DNA of 57,818 bases from an uncultured virus (IMG/VR IMGVR_UViG_3300021478_000018) (taxonomy: Duplodnaviria > Heunggongvirae > Uroviricota > Caudoviricetes). Positions 1 through 12,443 of the stretch are shown here, piece after piece; the first letter of the stretch is position 1; each line of letters starts with the position of its first letter. The stretch lies in IMG/VR virus record IMGVR_UViG_3300021478_000018; one strand, written 5' to 3'. Below the pieces are notes generated by a model. That model saw only the letters and a program-made list of their open reading frames with translations. It was not told the DNA's origin and did not search any database. A program made the position numbers and the translations under genes.

Positions 1-1284
1 GGAACCGTCGTTCCGGCGGGTAAAATGGTTAGCCCGGGCGGCGGTCAGGGACCGACCGGCGGGACCGGCGCGCAAGGGGCAACCGGTAGTACCGGAGCGA
101 CCGGGAATACCGGAGCGACCGGGACTCCGGCCTGGACGACGGTTTCCGGCTCGTCTTTTATCGTTCCGCCCTACGGGGCGACGGTAACGGTAAACCTCCT
201 CGATACGAGCTGGATCGCGCTAAACGAGTGGGTTTACGTCGACGACGCGAACGGCGTCGGGACCGCCGGGCAGCTCGTCGTACAGAGTAAAACGCCGACT
301 TCGGTAACTTTCCTTAACCCGAGTCCGACCGCCGCCTCCGGCCCCGCTAATACCGCCCAGGACGGCCTCCTCCGGAAGGTTAGCGGTTTAACGAGCGACT
401 TCGTCGACGGGACGAATAATTGCCGGGATTTACAATCGAGCGTCGCCGGGGTTACCGCCCAGGTTCCGACCGGGGCGGTAATCGATTTCGCCGGAAGTAT
501 TTCGCCGTCGGGCTGGTTACTATGCGACGGGACCTCTTACGCAACCGCGACTTACCCGGCCCTCTTTACGGCGCTCGGTTATACCTGGGGCGGGTCGGGG
601 TCGAACTTTAACGTTCCCGATCTCCGGAGCCGGGTAAGCGTCGGAGCCGGGGCCGGTCCCGGTTTAACGAACCGGGTCCTCGCGGCGAAGGGAGGGGAAG
701 AGAACCACGTCCTTTTAATCGCCGAATTGGCTTCGCATACGCATACCCTGGGTAATCATACCCACTTAGGGGTCGATCATCTCCACTCGATGCAGGGCCA
801 TACCCACTACTACGACCATTACCACTCTTTAAGCGGTCATACTCATCTCGGGGTCGATCATACTCACGCGGTTACCGGGGTAAACCATCTCCACGATTTA
901 AACGGCCACGTCCACTCCTATGTTTGGCCGGTCGCTTCGGGTAGTCAGTGGGCGGCGGGCGGCGGCTGGGGGCAGGGCTCCAGTAATACCGGCGGTCCGA
1001 ATACGACCTCGGGCGCGGCGGATCGAAGTTTAGCGACCGGTACCGGCGCTATGGATCGAGGGGCGACGACCAGCGGTCCGAGCGCGGATAATACGAATTG
1101 GGCCTCTCAGGAAGGTGGCGGTTGGGGGACTTCCGGGGGTCCGAGCGTCGGGACGACGGGGGCCGCCGACCGAGGCTTAACTACCGGGGGGCCGAGTACG
1201 AATACGAGCGACGCTAACGGGAGCGGTACCGGCCATAATACGATGTCTCCGTTTGCCGTCTTAAACAAAATCATTAAGACTTAA
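1..1284 (+). CDS. Tail fibre protein with collagen repeats, tail-collar domain and HxH needle repeats (5'-truncated)
   Basis: Frame is open from base 1 (GTVVPAGKMVSPGG, matching paralogue N-termini). Collar motif PTGAVIDFAG..PSGWLLCDG..FNVPDLRSR, repeated HTH/HSH, ends NKIIKT. Confidence 0.85.
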   Translation, partial: GTVVPAGKMVSPGGGQGPTGGTGAQGATGSTGATGNTGATGTPAWTTVSGSSFIVPPYGATVTVNLLDTSWIALNEWVYVDDANGVGTAGQLVVQSKTPTSVTFLNPSPTAASGPANTAQDGLLRKVSGLTSDFVDGTNNCRDLQSSVAGVTAQVPTGAVIDFAGSISPSGWLLCDGTSYATATYPALFTALGYTWGGSGSNFNVPDLRSRVSVGAGAGPGLTNRVLAAKGGEENHVLLIAELASHTHTLGNHTHLGVDHLHSMQGHTHYYDHYHSLSGHTHLGVDHTHAVTGVNHLHDLNGHVHSYVWPVASGSQWAAGGGWGQGSSNTGGPNTTSGAADRSLATGTGAMDRGATTSGPSADNTNWASQEGGGWGTSGGPSVGTTGAADRGLTTGGPSTNTSDANGSGTGHNTMSPFAVLNKIIKT

Positions 1285-1297
1285 GGAAAAAACTAAA

Positions 1298-1555
1298 ATG
1301 AACTTTGATACCGTTATTAAGTGTCCGATTTGCTCCGAGGAGGGCGAGAAGAGTCGTTTAACCGCCGTAGGCGGACGATCAACTAATTTGGAATGGGAGA
1401 AGTTTTTCGACGAAGAAGGGAAATACCATCAACACGATCCCAATACGGTAATCCATCTCTTCAAATGCAGTAACGGGCACGAGATCGAGGTACTCAGTAA
1501 AACCGGCTGTGGAGCTTGCGGGAAAGAGGACGAAGTAATAATAAAGGCTTCATAA
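1298..1555 (+). CDS. Small Cys/His-rich (putative Zn-binding) protein, possibly a fibre assembly factor
   Basis: 85 aa with CPIC, HQHD, CSNGH, CGAC; A-rich leader; lies between fibre genes. Confidence 0.6.
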   Translation: MNFDTVIKCPICSEEGEKSRLTAVGGRSTNLEWEKFFDEEGKYHQHDPNTVIHLFKCSNGHEIEVLSKTGCGACGKEDEVIIKAS

Positions 1556-1580
1556 AGAGCCCGTAGTTACGGGCTCGAAA

Positions 1581-3083
1581 ATGGCGATTCCCGGTTCAAC
1601 GGTCAACGTCGGTAGACTCGTAACCCCGAGCGGAGCCCAGGGTCCCCAAGGGGTCATCGGCTCGACCGGCGGGACCGGCCCGACCGGGCCGACCGGAGCG
1701 ACCGGACCGCCTTCCGTTACGACGACGACGAGCGTCTTTACCGTTCCTCCGATCGGGGCGACGACGACGGTTAACGTCGCGAATCCGAGTTGGATCGTCA
1801 TCGGGGAACTGCTTTACGTATCGACGGCGGGCGGAACGACTTCGGCGGGCGCTTTACAGGTTACGGCGATTAACGGGAATACGATTACCCTCCTTAATCC
1901 GAATCCTCCTTCGGTTATCCCCCCGGCGGATTCTACCCAGGCGGGCCTCCTTAATCAGGTCTCCGGGAATACGACGGACTTCGTCGACGGAACTAACCAT
2001 AGTCAGGCGTTATCTCCGGTTATTTGGTACGCTCGGCAACGGAGTTTCAACGCCATCGGTAACCCCAACTTCGAGATCGACCAGAGGAACGTCGGAACGG
2101 GGATAGTTAATATTGCTGCCAGTGCTTTTGCAATCGATCGTTGGCAAATAGCTAAAGTCGGGACCCATACCGTTAATACGCAGCAGGAAGCGGGATCGGT
2201 ATTTGGCTATAATTTTTGCTACGGTCAGAACCGGCTTTTATTACAATTAATTACGACGGAGGCCTCGCTAGGCGCGGGCGATTATATACAGCTCGTTCAG
2301 ACGATTGAGGGGCCGGTCTGGCGGGAAATTTCTAACTATCCTTTTTCGATCTCGCTCTACGTCTATAGCGACGTCGCCTTAAAATTCGCTCTAGCGATAC
2401 GCGGCGGAAGTCTTTCCCTAGTTAAACTTTGTACGGTTCCCGCCGCGACCTGGACCTTAGTTACCTTACCTAATATTCCGGCTCCGACGACGGCGTTCCC
2501 GCTTACTCCCGGAACGTCGGCGAGTTCGATTTCTATTACCTTATCTTGCGGAACAACTTATATAGCTCCGACGGCGGATACTTGGGTCTCCGGAAATTAT
2601 ATCGGGGCTCCGGGGATGGATAACTGGTCGAGTAAGGCGACCGGTAGCGGGTTCCGGATCGGCTTCGTCCAATTAGAACCGGGCCCGCTCTGCTCGATCC
2701 CGATCGATAAGCCGTTCACGGCGAATTATGACGAATGTCTCCGCTACTTCCAGAAATCGTACGCTTATAGCGCTCGGCCCGGTGCGACTGGAATAGGTGG
2801 AGGGATGGTAGGAGGGTTTCCATTGGTTTCCGGTTGGAATATGGGTACCGTTCGATTTGTAAAACCGATGGCAAAAGCTCCAACGGTAACTTATTATAAT
2901 CCGCAAAACGGGGCCGCGAACGGAATATACGGCTGGCCTTCCGCTACTAATTATTCAGTGGGACAACAAACTCCTTGGGGGGTCTCAACGACCGGATGGG
3001 AAGGTTGGAATATTGGAGCCAGTCCCGCCTATGTCGCGGGGGATGTAACCTTTCTTCATTATACCGCCGATACCGGCTGGTAA
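1581..3083 (+). CDS. Tail fibre / receptor-binding paralogue 1
   Basis: Gly-X-Y collagen stretch, NPNFEIDQR..DRW beta-sandwich-like domain, ECLRYFQKSY, C-terminal ADTGW. Confidence 0.8.
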   Translation: MAIPGSTVNVGRLVTPSGAQGPQGVIGSTGGTGPTGPTGATGPPSVTTTTSVFTVPPIGATTTVNVANPSWIVIGELLYVSTAGGTTSAGALQVTAINGNTITLLNPNPPSVIPPADSTQAGLLNQVSGNTTDFVDGTNHSQALSPVIWYARQRSFNAIGNPNFEIDQRNVGTGIVNIAASAFAIDRWQIAKVGTHTVNTQQEAGSVFGYNFCYGQNRLLLQLITTEASLGAGDYIQLVQTIEGPVWREISNYPFSISLYVYSDVALKFALAIRGGSLSLVKLCTVPAATWTLVTLPNIPAPTTAFPLTPGTSASSISITLSCGTTYIAPTADTWVSGNYIGAPGMDNWSSKATGSGFRIGFVQLEPGPLCSIPIDKPFTANYDECLRYFQKSYAYSARPGATGIGGGMVGGFPLVSGWNMGTVRFVKPMAKAPTVTYYNPQNGAANGIYGWPSATNYSVGQQTPWGVSTTGWEGWNIGASPAYVAGDVTFLHYTADTGW

Positions 3084-3092
3084 AACTTTTTT

Positions 3093-4523
3093 ATGGCAGT
3101 AGCCCCAGGTACAGCGGTTCCGGGAACGATCGTCGCGGTCGGGGCGACCGCTACGACCGGCGGAGCCCAGGGAGTCCAGGGCATAAAAGGGGCGGACGGG
3201 ACGAGCGTCGCGATTAAAGGGACCGTCCCGACCTATACGAACCTTCCGGCGAGCGGGAATACCTACGGCGATTTATGGATAACGGCGGATACCGGACACG
3301 GGTGGGTATGGTCCGCGCCCGGGACCTGGGTCGACGTCGGCCCCCTCCAGGGTCCGGTCGGCCCCGCCGGTCCCGTAGGTCCGGTAGGCGCGACCGGCCC
3401 GACCGGATCGGTAGGGCCGCCCGGTAGTACCGGTCCGCAAGGCTCCTCCGCCTTTACGACGGTCTCTAGTTTTACCGTCCCTAACGTCGGATCGACGGTG
3501 CAGGTTACCTTTACCGACGCGAGCTGGATAGCGGTCGGGGAGATGATTTATATTGCGACGGCGGGCGGGGCGACCTTAGCGGGCGCTCTCCAGGTAACCG
3601 GGAAGACGGGGAACCTCGTTACTCTTCTTAATCCGGCGACGATCTCGGCGATCCCTCCGGCGAGTACGACGGCGTCCGGTCTCCTTAATTCGGTTTCCGG
3701 TACTCCGACCGATTACGTCGGAGGAGATAACGCTACCCATCCGCTCCCGATGCAGCCTTTTCACTGCGGACGGTTAGTCGTTCCGGGAACTTCTCCTTCT
3801 ACTACCGTCCAGTTCGTCCCTTATAAGGGGGACCTTATTAAGATTAACGGGGTCCTTTATAATATTCCGGCGGCTGGAGTTAGCGCGACGGGGACTAACC
3901 TTTATTTAGAGGGGGTAGCGGGTAGTTCGTTAGTTGGGAGCACGGTTTATGCCGTTTATATTTTTAATAACGCCGGGACTTTAACCTTAGATTTTTCGGC
4001 GACGACGACTCACGTTACCTCCTCTACGCCGGGTAACGTCGGGGTCGAGATTAAGACCGGCGACGATACCCGGAGTTTTATCGGGCTCGTCTATACCGCC
4101 TCGTCGGCTCCCTTCTTTAACGACCAGATTCAGTATCGGTACACCCGATCCTGGTTTAACCGGGTGGGCTGCGCCTATAGTTTTTACGGGGCGGTTAATA
4201 TTGGTGCTAACGCTAATAAAGCCGCTTTTATCGTAGTCTTATTTAAGGGGGAATCGCTCGTCTCGGTAGGAACCTGGTACGGGACCGGGAGCGTCGCCGA
4301 TAATCTATTTCTCCGGATGTACGACGGAATTAGCGGCTCTTTTGCGGGTACCGGGGTTACGACGTTTAATACGACTTCGGCCTACGTAGGTATGTCGGTT
4401 ACGGCGAGCGGAACCGCGACTACCGATTGCGCGGTAACCGCTACTTATAACGCTTATTCACAAAGCGGAAACGCGGTCGGGACCGGTACCGGATCTATGA
4501 TTTCTACGGTTATCCTCGCTTAA
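3093..4523 (+). CDS. Tail fibre / receptor-binding protein with a distinct C-terminal domain
   Basis: AVPGT N-terminus, collagen repeats and SWIAVGEMIY..LLNP domain shared with neighbours; C-terminal half unrelated. Confidence 0.8.
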   Translation: MAVAPGTAVPGTIVAVGATATTGGAQGVQGIKGADGTSVAIKGTVPTYTNLPASGNTYGDLWITADTGHGWVWSAPGTWVDVGPLQGPVGPAGPVGPVGATGPTGSVGPPGSTGPQGSSAFTTVSSFTVPNVGSTVQVTFTDASWIAVGEMIYIATAGGATLAGALQVTGKTGNLVTLLNPATISAIPPASTTASGLLNSVSGTPTDYVGGDNATHPLPMQPFHCGRLVVPGTSPSTTVQFVPYKGDLIKINGVLYNIPAAGVSATGTNLYLEGVAGSSLVGSTVYAVYIFNNAGTLTLDFSATTTHVTSSTPGNVGVEIKTGDDTRSFIGLVYTASSAPFFNDQIQYRYTRSWFNRVGCAYSFYGAVNIGANANKAAFIVVLFKGESLVSVGTWYGTGSVADNLFLRMYDGISGSFAGTGVTTFNTTSAYVGMSVTASGTATTDCAVTATYNAYSQSGNAVGTGTGSMISTVILA

Positions 4524-4533
4524 AAGAAAATTT

Positions 4534-6048
4534 ATGGCAAACGCTCCAGGTCAAGCGGTTCCCGGTACGGTTGTCGTCGGCGGCTCGCTCGCTTCCCCAG
4601 GCGGCCCTCAAGGCACTACCGGCTCGATCGGTCCGATCGGGAATACCGGGCCGGTCGGCCCTCCCGGCCCCGCCGCCGCGACGACGACGGTTAGTAGCTT
4701 AACCGTTCCGAATACCGGAGCGACGACGACGGTTACGGTCGGCGACGCGAGCTGGGTAACGGTCGGGCAGATGATCTATATAGCGAACGCCGGGGGTAGC
4801 TCCTTAGCCGGGGCGCTCCAGGTAACGGCGAAGAACGGTAATATCCTTACCCTCCTTAACCCGGGAACCGTCTCGGCGATTCCCCCGGCGGATAATACCC
4901 AATCCGGGCTCCTTAACCAGGTTTCGGGGAATACCACCGACTTTGTCGACGGAACGAACCATTGCCAACCGTTAGCGCCGGTTATTTGGAGCGTACGGTC
5001 GCGCTCTTATAGCTCGATCGGGAACCCCAATTTCGAGGTCAACCAGAGGGTCTGGGCGATCGGGGCCCCCGTTCTTCCGGCGGTTAGCGGGGCTTTTTTA
5101 GTCGATCGCTGGTCGGTAGTCCGGAGCGCCGGGATCTCCGCTACTTTTACGATCGGACCGAGTAGCGGGACGATCGTCGCTCCCGGGAGTAAGTTTATGC
5201 TTGGGGGTCAGGTCCTCGTTATTCAGCTAGCTACCCAGCAAACGACTCTCGCCGCTAGCGATTATTTCCAAGTTCTACAATTCGTCGAAGGGTCGGCTTT
5301 CCGGGAGTTGCAACAAGACGTCCATTCGATCTCTCTTTTAGTTAATACTAATGCCGCGCTTAACTTTAGCGTTGCCATAAGAGACGCCGGACTTTCCCAA
5401 AGTCTAGTTATCCCGGTGAGCGTTCCGAGCGGGGTTAGTTTAATCGCGCTTCCGAACTTACCGGTCTGGCCTTCGGCGTTTTCTAATATTACCTCCGGCG
5501 CGGTCGGTTATTCTTTAGCTATTTGCCTAGCGGCGGGGAGCACCTTTACCGCTCCCGCGACCGGCTCCTGGACGAGCGGAAATTTCCTCGGCGCTCCCGG
5601 TATGGATAATTTCCTCGCCAAGCCGGTCGGAACGAATATCGCGCTCGCTTTCGTCCAGCACGAATCTGGACCGCAATGTACTTCGCTTATCGATAAGCCG
5701 TTCGCGTCGAATCTGAATGAATGCCTCCGCTATTACGCTAAGAGTTACGCTTACGTGACGGCGGCGGGGACGGGAGTCGCCGCCGGGGAGGCTTGGTTTA
5801 ATGCTAGTGGTACTACTACCTTTGCTTTCGGCTACGCGCCTTTTCCTTTGCCTATGGCAAAGAGCCCGACCGTTACGGCCTACAATTCTCAGACCGGCGC
5901 GATTAACGGCGCGCAGTCTTTTCCTAACGGAACTAATGTAACCGGGATTACCGTTTCGAATAATGAGAGATCGATCGGCTATATCTCCGGGACTTTAGTC
6001 TCCGGACAGATGTATCGCTTCCATTTTACCGCCGATACCGGCTGGTAG
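4534..6048 (+). CDS. Tail fibre / receptor-binding paralogue 2
   Basis: Same architecture as 1581..3083; ends ADTGW. Confidence 0.8.
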   Translation: MANAPGQAVPGTVVVGGSLASPGGPQGTTGSIGPIGNTGPVGPPGPAAATTTVSSLTVPNTGATTTVTVGDASWVTVGQMIYIANAGGSSLAGALQVTAKNGNILTLLNPGTVSAIPPADNTQSGLLNQVSGNTTDFVDGTNHCQPLAPVIWSVRSRSYSSIGNPNFEVNQRVWAIGAPVLPAVSGAFLVDRWSVVRSAGISATFTIGPSSGTIVAPGSKFMLGGQVLVIQLATQQTTLAASDYFQVLQFVEGSAFRELQQDVHSISLLVNTNAALNFSVAIRDAGLSQSLVIPVSVPSGVSLIALPNLPVWPSAFSNITSGAVGYSLAICLAAGSTFTAPATGSWTSGNFLGAPGMDNFLAKPVGTNIALAFVQHESGPQCTSLIDKPFASNLNECLRYYAKSYAYVTAAGTGVAAGEAWFNASGTTTFAFGYAPFPLPMAKSPTVTAYNSQTGAINGAQSFPNGTNVTGITVSNNERSIGYISGTLVSGQMYRFHFTADTGW

Positions 6049-6061
6049 GTAAATAATTTTT

Positions 6062-7576
6062 ATGCCCGCTCCAGGTCAAGCAGTTCCCGGTACGGTGGTC
6101 GCTCCCGGAGCCCTTACGTCTCCCGGCGGAGCTTCCGGTACGACGGGAGTCGTCGGTCCGTTAGGGCCGGTCGGTCCGGTCGGCCCGACCGGCCCTCCGG
6201 CGGTTACGACGACCTCTGCCGATTTTACCGTTCCGAATATCGGGGCGACGACGACGGTTACCGTTCTCGACGCGAGCTGGGTCGTCCTAGGGCAAATGGT
6301 CTACGTCGCTAACGCGGGCGGGGGGACCTCCGCCGGAGCGCTCCAGGTTACCGCTAAAGCGGGCAACCTTCTTACCCTTTTAAATCCGGCGACGATCTCG
6401 GCGATTCCTCCGGCGAGTAGTACCACGCCCGGGTTAATGAACGTACTAAGCGGTCTTTCGACCGATTACGTTGGAGGGGATAATGCTTGCCACGTTTTGT
6501 CGGTTGGGCCGGTACGCTCCTATAACGCGATCGGTAACCCCACCTTCGAGGTCGATCAGCGCCGGGTAGGTAGCGCGATTTCCCTCGGGCCGGGCGTTAA
6601 CCAGTCCAATTATATGGATCGTTGGAACGCCTCTTCGGGCGGCACCATGACCTACACCGTTCAACAGATCCCGGCTAACGTCCTACTTCCCGGGACTAAT
6701 TTCTTTATTACTTCGAAAATCTGCCGCTTTACCTTGACGACCGCCCAAGCGTCTTTAGGTGCAAGCGACTTTGCGTCGTTTCAGTCCATCGTTGAAGGAC
6801 AAGCCTTGCGGGAGCTTTTAGGCGACGTAACTTCGGTTTCGCTCCTAGTTCGATCGAGCGTCGCTAATGTAAAATTCGGTCTTTCTTTCTGGGATAGCCC
6901 AGGCAATTACGGGTTAGTAAAATTATGCACTTGCGGGGCGGCTAATACTTGGACTCTTATTCAATTCCCTAACCTTCCGATTTGGACGCCTAGCGGCACT
7001 TTTCCCGTAACCCCCGGCTCTTACGGGTATTCTTTGCAAATTGTCTTAGCGGCGGGCTCTAACCAGATGTTTCCCGCTAACGATGTTTGGGTAGCTACCC
7101 CTAAATATGGCGCGGTCGGTCAATCGAATTTCTCCGCCAATGCAGTCAATTCGACCTTCGATATTGCCTTCGTCCAGCACGAACCCGGGCCGGTTTGTAA
7201 TCCCTTAATCGATAAGCCGTTCAACCAGAATTATGATGAATGTCTCCGCTACTATCAGAAAAGTTATGAGTACAGTACGGCAATAGGAAATACTACCGGT
7301 GGAAATATGATTTTTGGGGTTATTTCGGCAAGTAACCTCAGTTACATTATCGGTCTTCCGAATTTCCTTAAACCCCTAGCTAAAACCGTAACCCCGACGG
7401 TTTATAACGCTAATACTGGGGCGGTTAATTCGGTTTACAATAGTTCGAGCGGGGCCTCGGCAACCACCGGTACGGTTTACGCCGGACAAAAAGGTCTTTC
7501 GTTAATCAATCTCGCTACGAATCAAGTAGCCGGGAATCTAATGTCCTTCGGATACACCGCCGATACCGGCTGGTAA
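6062..7576 (+). CDS. Tail fibre / receptor-binding paralogue 3
   Basis: Same architecture; ends ADTGW. Confidence 0.8.
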   Translation: MPAPGQAVPGTVVAPGALTSPGGASGTTGVVGPLGPVGPVGPTGPPAVTTTSADFTVPNIGATTTVTVLDASWVVLGQMVYVANAGGGTSAGALQVTAKAGNLLTLLNPATISAIPPASSTTPGLMNVLSGLSTDYVGGDNACHVLSVGPVRSYNAIGNPTFEVDQRRVGSAISLGPGVNQSNYMDRWNASSGGTMTYTVQQIPANVLLPGTNFFITSKICRFTLTTAQASLGASDFASFQSIVEGQALRELLGDVTSVSLLVRSSVANVKFGLSFWDSPGNYGLVKLCTCGAANTWTLIQFPNLPIWTPSGTFPVTPGSYGYSLQIVLAAGSNQMFPANDVWVATPKYGAVGQSNFSANAVNSTFDIAFVQHEPGPVCNPLIDKPFNQNYDECLRYYQKSYEYSTAIGNTTGGNMIFGVISASNLSYIIGLPNFLKPLAKTVTPTVYNANTGAVNSVYNSSSGASATTGTVYAGQKGLSLINLATNQVAGNLMSFGYTADTGW

Positions 7577-7588
7577 TTAAAAAATTTT

Positions 7589-9210
<1,622 letters not shown>

Positions 9211-9224
9211 GGTTAAAAAACGAA

Positions 9225-10634
9225 ATGCCGAATACTAAGATAGCGACGATTAAAGGTCCGGTTGGGCCGAAAGGGGATACCGGGGATACTGGGTCGACCG
9301 GAAATACTGGGCCGATTGGGGTTACCGGCGGGAAGGGTTTAACCGGGCCCGTCGGGCCGGTCGCGGTAAGCGCGGATACGAATAACGCCGCGACTTTAGG
9401 GAGCGATTCGAAGCTCCTCGTTCCGGCGGTTCCTTTTCCGATCGCCGACGCGACGAAAAACGGCCTCCTCCGGAAGGTTAGCGGGAATACGACCGATCTC
9501 GTCGACGGAACGAATCATACCCAGGATTTTACCGCCGCCCTTAAGCCGACGATCTGGAACGTCCGGCTTAATTCCTACAACGCGATCGGGAACCCGAATT
9601 TCGAGGTCGATCAGGCGAATATCGGCGCGCAGGTTACCGGCGGTCGGGTCGCCGATCGCTGGATCCTCGGGGTTAACGGGACGGCGGTCGTTACCGGGTA
9701 TCAGACTCCGTACGGTAGCGGGGGAGTCGTTATTCCGGGGACGAATTACGTTATTAGTTCCCAGACGGTCCGGCTTTTTATCTCGACGACGCAAGCCAGC
9801 TTTACCGGAAGTAACTACATCCAGTTTTATACCTGGTTAGAGGGGCCGTTCTGGCGGGAGCTTTCGCAAGGGGTTCATTCCCTTTCGATCCTCTGCCAAT
9901 GCTCGGTTTCCCCTTTTACCTTCGCGGTCGCTTTACGCGATATGGGAGCCAGTAGCCAGACGACCCGGAGCCTCGTCCTTCCCTTTACCTATAACGCCGG
10001 AGGAGGGGTTTTACAGCTTCTTACCGCCCCTAATTTACCCGCTTTCCCTTCCGGAAATTTTACGACCGCTCCCGGAGTAGCGAGTCTACAGCTTTCGATT
10101 ACCCCCGCGTGCGGGCCGACTTATAGCGCCCCGACTTCCGGCCCGACCTGGCAGAACGGGAATTTTATCGGCTTTACCGGGCAAGGGAATCTCGCCGCAA
10201 CCAGCGCGGCCTCTCTTTATATCGCTTTCGTCCAGCACGAACCGGGTCCCTATTGTACTCCGCTTATCGATCTTCCTTTCCCGAAAAATTTGCGATCCTG
10301 TCAGCGCTACTTCGCGAAGGGGGCGAGTTATAATGTTAAACTTCCGACGAGCGGTAATAATTATCGTTGGATCGGGAGCCATATCCAGGGTACCACCGCC
10401 GTCCGGTGCAATGTCCATTATCCGGTCGATATGGCGACGAGTCCGGTTGTTACTATGTACGATTACCTCGCGAATCTTAATCAGGTCTACCTAGAGACGA
10501 TCGGGAACGTCGCGATCGCTTCGGCGGGAGGCGACTCCGCTGGGATACTTTCGGTTGCCTTATCCGCCGCCCAGACGACTACCTATCAAGGGTCGGCGGT
10601 TCTAGGCCAGTGGAAGGCGGATACCGGCTGGTAG
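9225..10634 (+). CDS. Tail fibre / receptor-binding paralogue 5
   Basis: Start moved to ATG 9225 (MPNTKIATIKG) by comparison with paralogues; ends ADTGW. Confidence 0.8.
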   Translation: MPNTKIATIKGPVGPKGDTGDTGSTGNTGPIGVTGGKGLTGPVGPVAVSADTNNAATLGSDSKLLVPAVPFPIADATKNGLLRKVSGNTTDLVDGTNHTQDFTAALKPTIWNVRLNSYNAIGNPNFEVDQANIGAQVTGGRVADRWILGVNGTAVVTGYQTPYGSGGVVIPGTNYVISSQTVRLFISTTQASFTGSNYIQFYTWLEGPFWRELSQGVHSLSILCQCSVSPFTFAVALRDMGASSQTTRSLVLPFTYNAGGGVLQLLTAPNLPAFPSGNFTTAPGVASLQLSITPACGPTYSAPTSGPTWQNGNFIGFTGQGNLAATSAASLYIAFVQHEPGPYCTPLIDLPFPKNLRSCQRYFAKGASYNVKLPTSGNNYRWIGSHIQGTTAVRCNVHYPVDMATSPVVTMYDYLANLNQVYLETIGNVAIASAGGDSAGILSVALSAAQTTTYQGSAVLGQWKADTGW

Positions 10635-10651
10635 TAGTAGTAAAAATTTTT

Positions 10652-12055
10652 ATGCCGAATACGAAGATCGGGAACGTTCGGGGAGCGAAGGGGACGAAAG
10701 GGGCGACCGGCGGGACCGGGAATACCGGCTCGCAGGGGCCCCCGGGGAATACCGGCTTAACCGGAGCGACGGGGCTTCCCGGCCCCCGGGCGGTTAGCGC
10801 GGACGCGAATAATAAGGCGGTCCCCGGCTCGGATAGCCTCGTTTACGTCGCTACGCCGTCCGTCGCTTTAGCTAATCCTTCGGCGAACGGCCTTCTTCGG
10901 ACGGTTAGTGGGAATACGATCGACTATATCGACGGGACTAATAATAGTCAATCGAGCGCCGGGACCGTTTTACCGGTTATTTGGAACGTCCGGACGCGGA
11001 GTTATAACGCCCTTCACAACCCCAATTTCGAGATCGACCAAGGGAATACTACGACTAACTTTATTACGGCGGTACAACCCCGACAGTCGGCGGACCGCTG
11101 GATTCGGGGAAGCGGGGGAAGCGCCGTCGTCGGGACCCGGATCGTCCCGGTAAACTACGTTACCGCTCCGGGTTCCTCCGCCGTTATTACCCGGAGCTAC
11201 CTCGAAATTAACGTCTCGACCGCCCAGGCTAGCCTCGCCGCTACGGACCTTTACATTTTAAATCAAGTTATCGAAGGCGGTAACGCCCGGGCGATGATTG
11301 GGGACGTAACCTCTCTTTCGATCTTAGCGAATAGTAACGTACTCAACGCGAAATTTTCGCTCGCCATTCGCGACTCGACGAATAAAGTCTCCTACGTCGT
11401 TCCGGTAACTTTAACCGGGAATGTCTGGCAACTAATTACCTTTCCGAATATCCCGGTCTTTTCGAGCGCTAATAGCGCCTCTTATCCGCTTACCCCCGGA
11501 ACGATCGGTTATCAGGTCGCGATCGTCCTCGGGGCCGGATCGACCTATACGACTCCGGCGATAAATTCCTGGCAGAACGGGAACTTCCTCGCCGCTCCGG
11601 GGCAAAGCTTTCTCGGAGCGACCGGTTCTCTTCTAATCGCCTTTATCCAGCACGAGCCCGGCCCTTATTGTACTAGTCTAATCGATTGCCCCTTTCAAGA
11701 AAACCTTCTTAATTGCCAACGCTATTTCGCGAAATCGAACGGCTATACCCGGGCGACTCCGACGAATAATGATTGGCAGAATCTAGGCCAGTTTCTCGGG
11801 GCGACGAGCGCCCAGACGACGATCCGCCTAAGTATCGCTTTTCCGGTCGATATGGCGAAAGTTCCGACGATGACTCTTATCGATAACGCGACCAATCTCG
11901 GGACTCTCTACGTCGACGGGGTAGGGGGAAATTTAGCGGCTTCTCCCGGGCTCGTTACGACGAGCCATTGCGGACAGGCCAGCCTAGCGACCGGGGTAGC
12001 TTACCCCGCGAATGCGGCGGTCTTAGGACAATGGCGGGCGGATACCGGATGGTAG
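10652..12055 (+). CDS. Tail fibre / receptor-binding paralogue 6
   Basis: Start moved to ATG 10652 (MPNTKIGNVRG); ends ADTGW. Confidence 0.8.
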   Translation: MPNTKIGNVRGAKGTKGATGGTGNTGSQGPPGNTGLTGATGLPGPRAVSADANNKAVPGSDSLVYVATPSVALANPSANGLLRTVSGNTIDYIDGTNNSQSSAGTVLPVIWNVRTRSYNALHNPNFEIDQGNTTTNFITAVQPRQSADRWIRGSGGSAVVGTRIVPVNYVTAPGSSAVITRSYLEINVSTAQASLAATDLYILNQVIEGGNARAMIGDVTSLSILANSNVLNAKFSLAIRDSTNKVSYVVPVTLTGNVWQLITFPNIPVFSSANSASYPLTPGTIGYQVAIVLGAGSTYTTPAINSWQNGNFLAAPGQSFLGATGSLLIAFIQHEPGPYCTSLIDCPFQENLLNCQRYFAKSNGYTRATPTNNDWQNLGQFLGATSAQTTIRLSIAFPVDMAKVPTMTLIDNATNLGTLYVDGVGGNLAASPGLVTTSHCGQASLATGVAYPANAAVLGQWRADTGW

Positions 12056-12063
12056 TAGATTCT

Positions 12064-12399
12064 TTAAGCGTCGTAATCGCGGATCTGGTGCATGTGCTCT
12101 AAATCGAAGGTCCGGCTAAAACCGACCCGGTTCCGGGGAGCGAAAGACGGGAGCGGCGCTTTCCCGGATTTCCGGTAACGGTTCGCGATTACTTCGACTT
12201 TTTCTTCGGGCGCGATCGCGTAGACGATCCCTTCGATCGCGTTCCAGCGGCGCGGGTTCCGGGTTACTTTCCGGAAGAGAGCGCGGAAAACCGGCGGCTC
12301 GACGGTCGGATCGTAGATGTAGACGTCCGCTCCGGGCTTTAGCGCTTCGAGGGAATCGAAAGATTCTAACGGTTTCCAATCGTTAAAGGAAAGATCCAT
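12064..12399 (-). CDS. Hypothetical protein ending in a divergent tag (LEHMHQIRDYDA*)
   Basis: Start placed at MDLSFNDW, 9 nt downstream of CGAAATGTA (12409-12417, minus strand). Confidence 0.6.
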   Translation of the reverse strand: MDLSFNDWKPLESFDSLEALKPGADVYIYDPTVEPPVFRALFRKVTRNPRRWNAIEGIVYAIAPEEKVEVIANRYRKSGKAPLPSFAPRNRVGFSRTFDLEHMHQIRDYDA

Positions 12400-12443
12400 C
12401 GTTTTCGATACATTTCGCCTTTCCCTTTTATAGAACCGCTCTC